A stretch of DNA of 64,000 bases, taken from the NCBI GenBank assembly GCA_036172245.1, contig JAYWIR010000005.1, positions 434,001 to 498,000 on the forward strand, in the 5' to 3' direction. Positions 1 to 12,185 of the stretch are shown one piece after another. Made by a program: the position numbers and the translations under genes. This stretch comes from Raillietiella orientalis (lineage: Eukaryota). Numbering within the stretch: the stretch's first letter is position 1; every line of letters begins with the position of its first letter. The notes beneath the pieces are model-generated. The model was not told where the DNA came from. It saw only the letters and a program-made list of their open reading frames with translations, and ran no database searches.

Positions 1-2
1 TG

Positions 3-539
3 GATGAATATCTGCCTTCTTCCCTGCTTCTAACTGACAAGGGCTACCAGGAGTATTATTATTCCTCGATGGCTTTTGTTGATATGCACTGTAATGAATT
101 CAGATTAACTGCTAAGAGGATAAGGAAGAAGAAGCCACATATCACTGTGAAGTGTAATGAAGAACAGCTACAAAAAATGCTGTTCCTAATGGAAGATAGT
201 AACAACAATCATTTCTTCTATGGCGATGATCCAAGTCTTTCAAATCCATTTGCTTCCCAGGTCAGCATTGGTAGATCAAACAGCATTGGTAGTCAGTGGA
301 GGTACAATTCACCAAGAAAGAATCTTCATGGAGTTAATGGAGCTCGAGTACAGCAGATGACTGTGCCCTCACGTGGCAAATTTGTGGCCAAAGCAATGAA
401 TGGAATGCCTTCTGTTGAAAAATGTGGTCCTGGCATGGATGGTGCTGGTGATGCTCCCTCTGATCTGATGCTCTCTTGTGCCAATGATGAAGATGAGGTG
501 CAGGAAGTTGCCACTCAACTTCAGTCTCTTGATTTGTGA
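3..539 (+). CDS. 3' end (terminal exon) of an unidentified protein-coding gene entering from the left edge
   Basis: Frame is open from position 3 (DEYLPSSLLLTDKGYQEYYYSSMAFV...) to TGA at 537-539 (...VATQLQSLDL). Protein-like composition and CpG-poor, like other host genes here. No family recognised. Confidence 0.6.
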   Translation, partial: DEYLPSSLLLTDKGYQEYYYSSMAFVDMHCNEFRLTAKRIRKKKPHITVKCNEEQLQKMLFLMEDSNNNHFFYGDDPSLSNPFASQVSIGRSNSIGSQWRYNSPRKNLHGVNGARVQQMTVPSRGKFVAKAMNGMPSVEKCGPGMDGAGDAPSDLMLSCANDEDEVQEVATQLQSLDL

Positions 540-1439
540 ATTGGAGATTTTTTTTTGCATCCATTCCACAACTGATGAATTATTTGAGTGATTATGTCGT
601 GTGAACTTCTTGATCTCAGCTGTGCATTGTTCTTTAGATTCATCACAGAACAATGTCTTTCATAGTTAGAAATCCTAGTGCTCCAAAACCCTTGGCATAA
701 CATCATAGCAATCTGTTTGGACAGCATGCATGTTTAGGAGGTTTAACAGAAAATCAGTTTAATGCTTTCTTTCATTCAAATCCGGTTTGCCCTGAGGCAT
801 GTGATAGAATAAGAGGATAGTAAGCACTTGATGGTTCAAAACCTGGATAACTAGTTACGAATGTAAAATTGAACGATTTCCGCATTATTTTTGTTACAGT
901 TGTCAATGTAATCATCATGAAGTAGCAGTTCTTAATCTGACCTTGAAAATTTGACTGTCCAGTCATGCTTCTTTACCAGATTCCAATTGCTAAGGTATTT
1001 TTTGGTTTTATGTTTGAAAAAAAACTCCTGCATGCTTGGATTTTGCGTTTGGAACACTATTTTACAATAGACCCTCATGCATTCCTTTAATATCTTTACA
1101 AGATAAAATATTTACTTCGTTCCAGATACTAAGGCAGAGTTGTGATAATTATACATTATCAAAAATTCTAGTTAAAAGCATGGTCACATTCGTGATATTA
1201 AATAGCCGAAGTCTAAGTCAACAGAAATTTATTGCACAAAAATATAAATATTTCATTCTAAATAAAGAAATTATATAACACATCAAGAGTTTCTATTTGC
1301 AATAAGGGGTAGGCTGTTTGCCACCAGGGATATGTACCCCATACCTCATGGTTTTGAGGAGTTGCCCTGTGTAAAAGTTTCTTCACGCCTCGGCACTAAC
1401 TAATGCTGTAGTCAGGTCGTTCACACCAATCAGTGTCCG

Positions 1440-2735
1440 ATGTCTGAGGATTCGATAACCTGGCCCGTTGGTAATGTACAAGTCGTGAGCGTGGTCAGAA
1501 TTACGTGGTTTCTCTAGTCCAGTTCCCGGTCATCCCCTCAGCCAAGCATTACGAGTATTCTGTGCGTGATGGACGTCCCGCACTTACTGCTTCCGTGAGT
1601 GGTATACAGTTCGAGGGACGATGTGTCCCCAACCCGTCCTATACGACGTATCTGGCGGTGGTCAACAAAAGGAAGAAAACCGTGGAGATAGTGGAAGCTG
1701 GTTTATTCTCTATGAATCCGAAGTTCGCAAACGGAGAGGAGGACAGCGTGCCTGACACGGTGAATAAGTCCATGTTCGAGGAAAGGGTGATGCAGTTTGG
1801 CACAAAAAGAGCCACTCAAGCCCTCATTCGATCGCAAAAAGTTGATTTGTGCCCCGATCTACGGTTAGCCCACATGAAAAAAGTTGTCAAGAAGATTATC
1901 CGCACCGTGGATAACGACAAGAAGACTGCGACGCCAGAGGAAGTTTTATTTCCAGTTTGCAATTATGATGCTAGTACGCCAAAAGAGGCGTATAACATGT
2001 TTGATTTGGTTAGCATGCCGGAATTGGAGCAACTGAAGGAGCTCAGCGCGACCATCTTTGACAGTGACAGCTGGAAGGAGGAGCTGCAGCCACGGTACAG
2101 GTCTTCCTTCCTTCCTTCTGTGATCTCTTGTGTGTTTGCCCAGGTGCAGTCCCTTCGTTGCGGAAACCATAAATCGCCTACTGAAATCGAAAACTCGGAA
2201 GGAACATATGAAATCCTTGAAAAAAAAAATGCGTTTGTGTCTGTATTTGGACTGCTTGATCTCTATGGCCAACGTGAATGGGCAGCGGCTACGGAAAAAT
2301 CCAAATAAAGCCTTACCAGACCACGTACCAGACATGATTAAGAGGAAGCTGCTGAATGACTTCACGGTGGAAGGAGTATCCGGAATGAGGTGAAGCGTTG
2401 GGTTTAGTGTATACAAATGTGATGATTTCTGTAGGATAGTAACCCCCAAAATGTTCGATAAACTGGTTGCGCACGCAACTCTTTTTGCATTTTGGAGCAA
2501 CAGCTACAAGTTCGATGTCGAATCTTTCTTAACGTCCATTTCCAAGTTGACGCGTACGAGGTATGCATGGAGTCTTCCTTTGCTGGGTCTTTGAGTTCCC
2601 TCTTCAAGGTTCAGAGCCATACTTCGTTTCTTGGGAGGTCACATGCTAGACAAGAATACCAGGGCTGCGCTGACTTTGCCTTTGAAGAAACCCCCCTCAG
2701 CAATGTATAAAAGGAAGTTTGGAACGAAATACTAA
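1440..2735 (+). CDS. POLR1E: DNA-directed RNA polymerase I subunit RPA49/PAF53; exons 1440-1470, 1518-2094, 2144-2389, 2435-2560, 2609-2735
   Basis: Four GT-AG introns of 47, 49, 45 and 48 nt join in phase. Peptides match the A49 family: YLAVVNKRKKTVEIVEA, QFGTKRATQA, PVCNYDASTPKEAYN, PKMFDKLVAH and C-terminal LG...AALTLPLKKP. Start codon is tentative; the exon 2 donor could alternatively be 2101. Confidence 0.88.
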
Positions 2736-2739
2736 TAAA
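2734..2739 (+). promoter_or_regulatory. Polyadenylation signal AATAAA overlapping the POLR1E stop codon
   Basis: TAC TAATAAAA at 2730-2740, followed by a GT/T-rich stretch at 2748-2770. Confidence 0.6.
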
Positions 2740-4380
2740 ATTATGCGGTTGTATGACTTGTTTATTTTGGAGAGTGTTCACCGGAACACCAGAAAAGGCC
2801 GCCGAATTTGCGGTGTGGCTTGCTAATCCGTGCCTTTGCTATCATTGAAAAAAAAAAAAAAAAGTTCCCATTCCGTCAGCTGTGGCATTCGTAGTTCAGC
2901 AAATATGTGGTACTTGCATGTTTTGCAAGAAGCTTTTCAGTGGCACCTCCCTAGAATAGCTACGTGGTGTCTCAGGCAACAAGACGCTAGTGACACGGAA
3001 AACCGGAAAGCATGGGTGGTTCTCCGAAAGGAGAAATTCTGTCAGCCCAGAACGTGTTCGTGGGTGCAACTCGATTGTGATTTGCGAAAAGTGATTTACG
3101 TTGTGAGGGTCTGCCATGAACGGCACTGACGAAGGAAGGCTTCCCATGGGAAGATTCGGAAAAAGGGCGTCCCCCCCCACACACACAAAAAAAAAAACCT
3201 TGAAATCAGGGAATAGAATAGTACCAGGTTCAAAATCAGTTCCGCAAATTCACGTGAACCGCACGAGCGAAACCATCCGTGGAACTCGGAGTCGTCCTAA
3301 GCGCGTGAAGAAAATGGAAGTTTGTTGTTCCACTGGGACGGGGCGCAGAGAAATAGCAGAAACAAAGGATGATTAGCCGTTGGTCAGGACTGACGTTGAG
3401 GGCCATATTGCACACTAAACTGAATCTTCAGAAAGCTCTGACGATCAAAAGCTGCTGCTGCATTGGGATAGGTGAGGGGGGGGGGGCTCGAAGTTAGACA
3501 AAATTCATTCGTTACTAATCATGAATAAATCATGAATATACGTTGGCGAGTGCAACCATCACCATTCTATAGTCAAATTCCAATAAAGTTCCCGGTATTT
3601 TTTTTTTTGAATGCATTAACATCCCAAGGGAGTTTGCTTTTAGTTCCTCATTTTCCAAACGCTAATCCGCTAAAGAAGCTGCCATTTGGTAGCAGCGCCT
3701 GGAGATCGAAGATCGGGTGTTTCGGTCACTGGTTTTCGTGACTTCTGCTTGCTGCTGCCGCCACAGCTGTGGCCAAAACGCCACAGAAACATATTTTTCG
3801 AGATGGTCTGATTTTCCGGAACTCGACGATGCTAACCGAGTGCCACCCAGAAAGAGCGCTCTTTCCCTGATACACTTCATGCCGAATTTTCGAACGTTTC
3901 GTTCCCCAGGAAAAAGAAAAAGAAAGGAAGCGAAGTCGTCTTGAGAATCCTGACTCACACTGCATGGTGAGAAGTGCATGAGCTCCCCAATGCTGAACAA
4001 AGGTGCCAAGAGATCGGAGACACTGGTAAACTGCGAACCAAAAAGCCAAACTCGTAGATGTGCTCATACATCTCGCACCTTATGTCAGACTGGGCTGCAA
4101 ACTTGCAGATTCGTGGAAATCGTAAGAGCCGCAAGTTTTCGGTGGATTCTGTTTGCGAGACGAATGCCTCGGAAAAGAACTGGGAGGGAGGTGGCGGGAA
4201 GGGATAAGCCGCCAGGGTTCAGAATCCAGCAAAGACGAGCAAGTGCTGCAGGGAAATTTCTGGAGGATCGCAAAGTCGAAGCTGGAGTTCCCGTTCCCAC
4301 AACCACGGGATGCATCCAGCGCTTCTGAGGGCTCTCCTCGAAGATGGCGCCAAGTCGCCGCATCTCCCCCCCCCTCCCCT

Positions 4381-4518
4381 TCTCCGGGCATTCTCGGAGC
4401 AACTGACTGTCGCAAAATTTGCATCCGAGAGGAATGCGTGGGCATCAATGCACATTCTCCTCCCAATTAGAACATTTTCGGCAGCGCTTGCATTTGCAAT
4501 GCTTTAGGGCATTCGCAC
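4381..4518 (+). repeat. Left arm of a 138-bp inverted repeat (partner 5562-5699)
   Basis: Aligns without gaps to the reverse complement of 5562-5699, with about 20 mismatches counted by eye. Confidence 0.85.
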
Positions 4519-5561
4519 ACTAAGAATACAATTTTTTTTTCCCGACAAACCAAAGAAAGGGATGCATGGAGGTCCTGATTTTCTGATTTGGGGGGAAGGG
4601 GGAAGGAAAAGAGAAGGGGAGACTACACAGGTGTTTTTTTTTTTTTTTAGACAAAACACTTGGCATCCTCAGAGTTGGTCCATTTCTTTGGACACCACTT
4701 GATTTCCACAAAACACGGCTTCGGTGCAACAATGCTTCCTCCCAGAATTCGTCGCTCTGATGGACGCTTGGAATTGTTGGGGATCCGGACCGCCCCCGGT
4801 CGAAAGCAGCCACTCCGGTCAGGCCTCGCCGTTGCTGCGGCGACCACGAGCGCGCGCGCGGTACCCCCCGCGTACCGGGGGGCTGCTCGCGCCGCCGGCT
4901 GGCGGCGATGTCGCGCGCTCGAGGTGCCAACCCCTGCAACGGAGTGCACGGCGAAGAATGCGCCGCAAGAACAACACGTGGTTCAAGCTTGCTCGTGCTC
5001 CGTGACCCGAAGGTCATCTCGCGTGAATCAGCGTCCTCGCGTTGCGCCTGGGAAATGGCATCGTACGAGAAATTCTCTTCCAGGATCCGGAAAAGGGGAA
5101 CATGGGAATACCGAGGGTGTTTTCCGTTCCGTCGAGATGAGAAGCCGCTCCGTAGCCGCTATCTGTCCTCTTCTCACTGTTGCGAGTGTGCACCTGGGTG
5201 TGTGTGCGTGTGTACTTGCTTGCTGGTTTGGTACATTTCGAGTACTGAATTGACGACGGGAAAACCCATGAGAAGCCGAGGCACGTGTACGGATCGGTTC
5301 CGAAACGCACGTCCTGGTGAGTCACTTCTTCCCTTCTTCCTTTTCGTATTCTGAATCAGGCTGCGCCATTTCGAAAGTGAAACGAGTGATCGTTAGCAGC
5401 ACAAGAATTCCAGAGTTGCGGCAGAAACCACAAGACAGTTCTTAGAGAACAAAGAAGATCGGCCGAGAGGGGTAATTGCGGATCGTCGTCCTCCGGAGAC
5501 TCCATGCAGTTCGGTGAGGGGGCCGCGTCGTCACGTGACGTCACCGAAGCAACATCACAGC

Positions 5562-5699
5562 GTCCGAATGCACTAAAGCATAGCAAACGCAAACGCTGCC
5601 GAAAATCTTGTAATCGGGAGGAGGCTGTGCATGGGTGCCCACGCATTCCTCCCGGATGCAGATTTTGCGACCTCCAGTTGCTCCGAAAACTCCCGGAGA
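5562..5699 (-). repeat. Right arm of a 138-bp inverted repeat (partner 4381-4518)
   Basis: Reverse complement tctccgggagttttcggagcaactgg...gctttagtgcattcggac matches 4381-4518. Confidence 0.85.
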
Positions 5700-6794
5700 C
5701 GAAAAAAAGGAACGAAGTCCAGGAAAGCGAGATTTGAAAACAAAAACAAAACACTTCGCCAGTCCCAGGGATGCGGAATCCGCAGATTCACACCTGGAAA
5801 GTCATACCACCCCTCGCAGAACGAGGAAGACGGAGAAAAGGAAAGGAAAGAAATGAGTCTCCCGCTCTTTCCCATTTTCGCGCACCTGACGAGCGGTCCG
5901 AACACCTTCGAAAGCAATTTCCGTCGAATTTCCTCGTTCGGAGCCATCGGTAGGCAAGGGCAACGCCCCGAACCTTTGCGACTCATCAGATGTGCCACAG
6001 TCGCTCAACCCTTCCGCCCATTAGCTGGCAGCATCCTCGGCCTGCTCCCAAGAGGTGCCCCACGCCCAAGAATGCGAATCGGCAGGATGCTTCTGAAGGG
6101 GACCCCCCCCCCATCCTACAGTTTTCCGAGTGGTCGCCACGGTCTCGGAGGTCCTCTTAGCAGAACTGATCCGTCGGCGGTGGTGGTTTCTGAATCATCC
6201 ACCTGCGTCCGGAGCACGAAAGGAAGATAACCCGGAAAGGAGAACAAATGAAGTTGACGCTCCACACAGACTCGCTTTCCACTTCTCCTTACCCTCTTTT
6301 TTCTTAACACTCTGTGGGTGGCGAAGAGAGGGACCTGAGGAAGGTGTGCTTCCAAAACCCCTTCTCGTGGCCATGCGACGTCCGTTTAGCCATCCGTGAA
6401 GAATGTTCCGATATCTGAACCTCATTTCCCCCCCCCCCTCTCTCTCCCGCCTCCCCCGACCTCTGATCTTCATCGACGGCATCGCCGTTGTGAAACGTCA
6501 CTGAAAGAGCAAGGAGGGGAGGGGGGGAGTGAGGGAAAAAGGGAAGGGTAGAAAAGAAGCAAGGAGTCCACGTTCCACGATGAATCACACACACCTATGG
6601 CGTTTGGAAGATTCGCACACGCACACATTTTTTCCTTTTTTTCTCTTTTTTTTTTTTTCTTTTTTAGTCCCGGAGAGCGCTCGCTAAGCATTGTTGGGCG
6701 AGAGCGTCGGCAGCGTTTCCACGGCAACGAGCCTGTGGTGTCTTCCTTGCAGAAAATTTCTTAGGGTGGATTTCTTCTCCTTTCTCTCCTGCAG

Positions 6795-9700
6795 CCAGCC
6801 AGTAATGAAGGTGCACAGAAAAGCAGCAGCAGCAGCACATCTTTCGTCAGCTCACGAGCTCCCCTTGAGCCGGTCTCTCTCCACGCGGCACTCATGAAGG
6901 CGATCCGTCCCCTAGGAGAATCAGAAAGAGCTTGCGATGTCCTCCTGGATGTCCCCAGGTCGCTCGCGATCCATCGCGAGTTCGAAGCTCCCGGTGAGCC
7001 CACGCGTCCCCCTCGCCTTCCTCCCACCTCCACACGCTGAGGCATTCCAAGTGCCTCGTTCTCTCCTCGTTTCAGCCTCAGAACGATCTCAGGCGGGAGG
7101 GATAGCCGTGTGCATTCCCGAATGCCTTTCCCAGCCGACTGCGTCAGGAAGGAGCGACTGCTCCCAAGTGTCCTCGTGGAACTCTTGTGCAGGGACAGCA
7201 GCAGCACGCTGCGATGTCCCGTCCTTATTCTTCGGCGACGAGGACAGCGAAACCGTCATCTCTCCTTCTTCAGAGGTAGGCCGGAGCACGGCGCCTCATG
7301 GAGTGAGCTGCGGGGACTTGGCTCCTGGCGTGCCAAGTGCCTGCTCGCTGGGACGAGTCTCCTCACTTCTGGCATGAAGGGAGCAGGACGAGGAGAAGCG
7401 GCATTGGGTTTTGCCCTGGGAAGCCGGGGGAAAGGGCGTGTGGGTGGTGCAACCTTCCCGCGGTGGGAGATCAGATAATCCCCCCTTGGTACATGGAATG
7501 ACACTAGCGATGATGCGACGTGCACCAACACGCCGCTCCTTTGATTTGCAGTTGCATGGAGACTACGAGGAGCTGTCCTACAGGCTAAAGCACCTGAACG
7601 ACAGCATCTGCTACGCAGCCCGCGAAGTCATATCCTACAGCAACGATATCGACGTATACAGAAGAACGGCAGCGCAGATGAAGCAAGAAATCCAGCGCCT
7701 GGAAGCATCCATAAAACAAGAAAGGAAGAAGCGAGACCAGTTGGTCACAGTGACTCGCAGCAGGACTCGAAAGTGTAACGAAAGCAAGCGTTGCCTGTCT
7801 CAGGTGCTCCTTCGCAAGCAGAAAGCGCAGTCCGACATATGCAGACTGAAACTGGAATTGGCGGCAGTGAAAGAGGGAAACAGCAAGCGCCAGGAGTTCA
7901 TTAGCGACCTGAAAGAAAAGGTATCGGGATCCTTTTTTCAGCCTTGCTTCCTCCTTTCTTCGCATCCGTTTCACAGATGGGATAGCTTTGCCCATAAAGA
8001 GCAAAAGAAAAGCCTTCATTCGCGAGAACACATCGGGTTCCTCAAACCAGGACGGAATCTTAGTCACTGTCCAACCGGGATTCTGGAACATCGCCACGCC
8101 CCGTGCTTCGCTTCCCGTGCAAGCGTGAACGACTCGAATGGATAGCAAAGTCTGCGCAAAGAGCGTTTGGTCCTTCCTCCTCCCCCACTTCCCCCGCTCC
8201 GTAGGCGTCACTCATGTTCCTTTGCCCACACACATCAATGAAAAACACACATTAGGGAAGCAACTCGTTCTGCTCGGAGAGCCAGTGATCTACACAAGGG
8301 TCGTTCGAGAAATTGACGCTCAGCACCTCCACGGAAGCACCGGCGGACGGGTCAGCGCAGGTGCAGAGGCTCGACATCAGGAAGCGGCGGCGGGTTTGTG
8401 GCGTCATGCGTTACTGAATAAGAGCAGCCGCATTCTTCACTGTTCCTTTCCGACCCTTTGCCCCTCTGCCGAGAAGCTTCCCGCTGGACACGGGGGAGGA
8501 ACGCCGCCGCCCCTTCACCGCCTTTCGCCCGCTGCTGCGTCCAGGCAGACCAGGGTTTCCCGCGAGGCGCGATCGGGAGCCCTGCACCGCAGGAAGGAAA
8601 GCCACGCGCAAGAGGCATCGGCCGGCTGTGCAGGGAGCCTGGAGGTTGCTCCCTCTTCCCGCGATGCGATGCGACTGTGAGCCACGGACGGTTCAGGGGG
8701 AACAGGCGGCTCGAGCCTTCCTGAAACGAATGGGTCTTTGCACCTGGAGCGAGCCGGACGGGGAGAAGAGACTCGGAGCTCCGGCTTCGGGAACGCGTGC
8801 CACCAGACATAGGTAGGAGGGACGCGAGAAACTCGCGTGGGGTGTGCCGAGGGTCTTCTGGAAGGAAACGCGCGCGCGCGCAAGGCGCCGTCCTTCGCGG
8901 GCGGCGCTCCTGGGGACCGTCAGTCTCCGAGGCAACGCATCGACGGACTCTCGGACCTATCCCTTTGCGCACCCTCTCGTTCCTCTTCCAAGGCTCTCAA
9001 GCCCGTGGGCCTCCTCGCCGCTCTCCTCGTCCAGCATCCCGTCACCAGGGAGATGGGGGACAACGTGCCGCGCGCGCTCCCGATTCTCCCGTCGCGCCGC
9101 CGCCGTTGCGAAGCGCGCGTGGGGCGTCGTCACTGAGAGCGCTCATGCTTTTTCGGGCGCACCACCCCCTCTGAGCAAGGGAACCCGCTCTCTTGCAGTC
9201 TCACTGCAACTGCGCCCAAGCAGTGTCCCTCCGGGAAGAGACAGAGCGCCATGACAGGGCGCTGGCGTCGGCGGAGTGCGACCGCCGGCGGCGCCTCGCG
9301 GAGCTTCTCTCCCTGCAGACCCGCCAAAAGACTCTCGGGAACGAGGAAGACGCCCTGCGGAGGTGTCTGTGCGACGAAACCGGACGCAGAGAGCATGCTG
9401 AGCGGCGGCTGCGTGCCGAGCGGAGCAGCAATGCGGAGCTGCGGTCGCGGATCTCTGGGTCCGCAGCCCGGCCTTCCGAGGGCGCCACCTCTACCCACGA
9501 GTTCGAGCTGCGGGACGCGGAGACGGCCGCCCGCGAGCTGGCGGACCGGCGGCGCGACCTACGGGCGAGGGTAAGCGCCTCGGGGAGGGGAGGGAAAAAA
9601 GACGCCCATCCGCTCGCCGCCTCCTCTAGCTGGACGCGGCGGGTGAGGAGCTGCGGCGGACTGCGGCCGAGGTCGCGGAGACCGAGTCCCTGTGCGGGCG

Positions 9701-11441
9701 CTTCCGGAGGAGAAAAGAGGCTCTGGAGTCCCGCAAGGAAACCCTTCGCGGAGAGGGCGCCGTCCTGGCAGAGGACCTCGCGCGGCGGCAGGAGGAGGTG
9801 CGCTCGCTTCACGCAGCGAAGGATGGCCGCGAGTCAGAGCTGTCGGCGCTGCGAGGACGGCTGAGAGCCGCCGTCGCCGGCGTCGAGGACACGACCCTCA
9901 CGTTGCGTGCCAAGTGGGGTCGACTGGCGACGCGACTGTCCCGGGAGAAGGAGCGATACGGGCTGCTCTCCCGGAGAGCGTCCTCGCTGCGCCGCCTGGT
10001 GAGTGGTCGACAAGCTGCACCAATCCCGAGCGGCACCCTTGTGCAACCCGTTCTTCCCAGGTGAGGGAACTGGAACGCAGGAGGTCGGGGAAGGAGCGGC
10101 GGGCGGGCCGAGTCGGCGCCAGGCTGGACAGGGTGGAGAAGAAGCTCGAATCGAGGAGGTCGGCTATGCGGAGTGCGCAGGTCGCCACCGAGCAGGCGGA
10201 GCGCACCCTGCGGGCCGGATGGGAGACCTCCGCCCGGTTGCAGGAGACGCTGGCGGCCCTGCGCCTGGAGGCTCGCGGGAGGGCGAAGGAGCTCTCCCGG
10301 TTGAGGCGCCGCTCCAGGGAGCTGAAGGCACAGACCCAAGAGCGGCAGGCGATGGACGACCTGGAGTTACGCGGCACCAGAGACGACGCCGAAGACGTCC
10401 GCAGGAAGAGGGTGCTGGTGTCGAGGAGTCTGGAGGACCGCCGCGCAGCGGTAACTCGCGCGCGCGTGCGCACGGGCAGGCAGGATAGCCTTGCCTTCCA
10501 GCGTCCAATTTCCGGACCCCTCAGGGAGGGGGGAGGGCTGGGCGTGCCCCTTGCTCGTGGTGGAGGGAGGGGGATAGCGTCAGCGTCCCCACACTCCCGG
10601 CTACTCCTCCCTCGCAGGTGATGGAGAGCTCGCGGGCACAAAGGAAGTTGGCGGTGGAATTGGAGGCTCTGGAGATGGAGCGCCACTGCCTAGAGGAGCA
10701 GCGCGAGGGCCTCGGCAAGGTGCTGAAGGCGGGCACGCGGCAGTTGGAGGAGCTGAGGGACGCATGCACGCTGCTCGCATCCCGAGGCGACCTCAGGCAG
10801 CAGGAGGCCGCGGAGCTCGCCCGCGGCCTGTCTCAGCTTCGGACAGAGCAGCGAATGCTGTGCGACCTGCAGAGCGACGCCCGGAGGCGGATCGAGGCAC
10901 TGGAGGCGCAAATCATTGAGATGGACGACTACAGGCAACAGGCGGATTTTCGGGACAGGTCCTGGGGGTTGAGAAACCTGATGAAGCTGTGCACCGCTAA
11001 GAAAAACGTGAGTGACCATCCCCCGCGCGCAGCGGCCAGCATCTTGCTTGGGGAGCCTGTGCAAAGTCGCTTCCTGATTCCATTCCTCATCCCGGCGCCT
11101 TGGCACGTTCCAGATAGAGGAGGAGTACCACGCCCTGATCCGGGAGAAGCGCAGGGGCAGGTGTCTCACCGAGAAGGTAGTCAGCCTTCCCCCCCAGCAG
11201 CGTTATCGAGGCGCTTCTCTCCCAGATCGCGAGGATGCAGAGCCAGCTGCGAGGTGCCAAAATGCTGGTATGCAGCTTCCCGGGGCTCACCTCTTTGGAC
11301 AAGCTGGCGACGCTCGGGGATGAGAGGCGCGTTCTCTACTCCCAGGATGAAAGCACCAACGATGACGACGGATCCGACATCCGAGAACGTCTCGGAACGC
11401 CCAGTGTTTCATGCGGCAGCCTGAGGGCTCCGGAAAGATAG
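6795..11441 (+). CDS. Long coiled-coil protein; exons 6795-6993, 7076-7275, 7552-7920, 9199-9570, 9630-9998, 10061-10450, 10618-11007, 11114-11176, 11226-11441. Start and possible extra exons at 7.9-9.2 kb unresolved
   Basis: Consecutive GT-AG bounded exons join in phase and give heptad-like E/R/L/A-rich sequence (QMKQEIQRLEASIKQERKKRDQL; LAVELEALEMERHCLEEQREGL). TAG at 11439-11441 is immediately followed by AATAAA. Confidence 0.75.
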
Positions 11442-11559
11442 AATAAAAATGAAATGGCCCAAAGAAGCTACCGATCTCAGATGATGGAAGAGTAAGAGAG
11501 CAGAACCACATTTCCTCGGATGGATGCCACATGCCTGCTTCGCTATTACGCGCCTGACA

Positions 11560-12185
11560 ACCAGGTGGTGCGGGGCACCTGGCAACACGGGTTCAAATCC
11601 CGCCTGGGAAAGGACTGACGGAACGGGAGGTGCGTCATGGGCTTCGAGCCCCATCTCCTTCCCGCAAGATGTCCACGGGCTTCGGATACAGCACCAGCGA
11701 AGGCCGGAAACCGGATGGTCCCGTTGACTGGCCGGGATTGGATCTTTGGCCCTCCGTGGTGGTTCCAGGAACCAAGAAGTCGGTTCTCTTCTGGTTGTGT
11801 AAACGGGGCTGTCCCTTCCCTTGGAGATATTACGGTAATCTCGTATTACGGAGTTGGCGAATTGGTACCTCTCCAGAGTGTGAAGAAGTGCTCCTTTCCC
11901 TGCAGGAGAGCGAGCCATCCAGAGAACTGTGAAGCGTCCCTTAGGGGTTCTCTTCAAAGGAGTAACAAGGAGCGGTTCCCTTTGAACAATCAGGGTGGAG
12001 GGTTCCCCTCTTAAGAGTGAGACGAACGGACTCTTTCTCAGGAGCCTTCTTAGATTCATAGGGTGGTCCCTTCCCGGGATATCCCCTATCTTGAAGAGTT
12101 CGCACGCACCCTCAGGTGGCGTGGACAGTGTTAAAGAACCTCATGAACCCCTAGACAACTGTCTTGAGTACTTAGCGAACCAAAA
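11560..12185 (+). mobile_element. tRNA-derived SINE-like element, copy 1 (internally shortened, most diverged)
   Basis: B-box GGTTCAAATCC at 11590-11600. Shares blocks with 29262-30000 and 34782-35762 (gaagcgtccctt.ggggttctcttca; gattcataggg...cccctatc). Ends in GTACTTAGCGAACC followed by As. Confidence 0.75.

Noticed and set aside
3..90. VPS9-domain-like ending (DEYLPSSLLLTDKGY)
   Set aside because: Resemblance is too short and weak to name the gene without upstream sequence.
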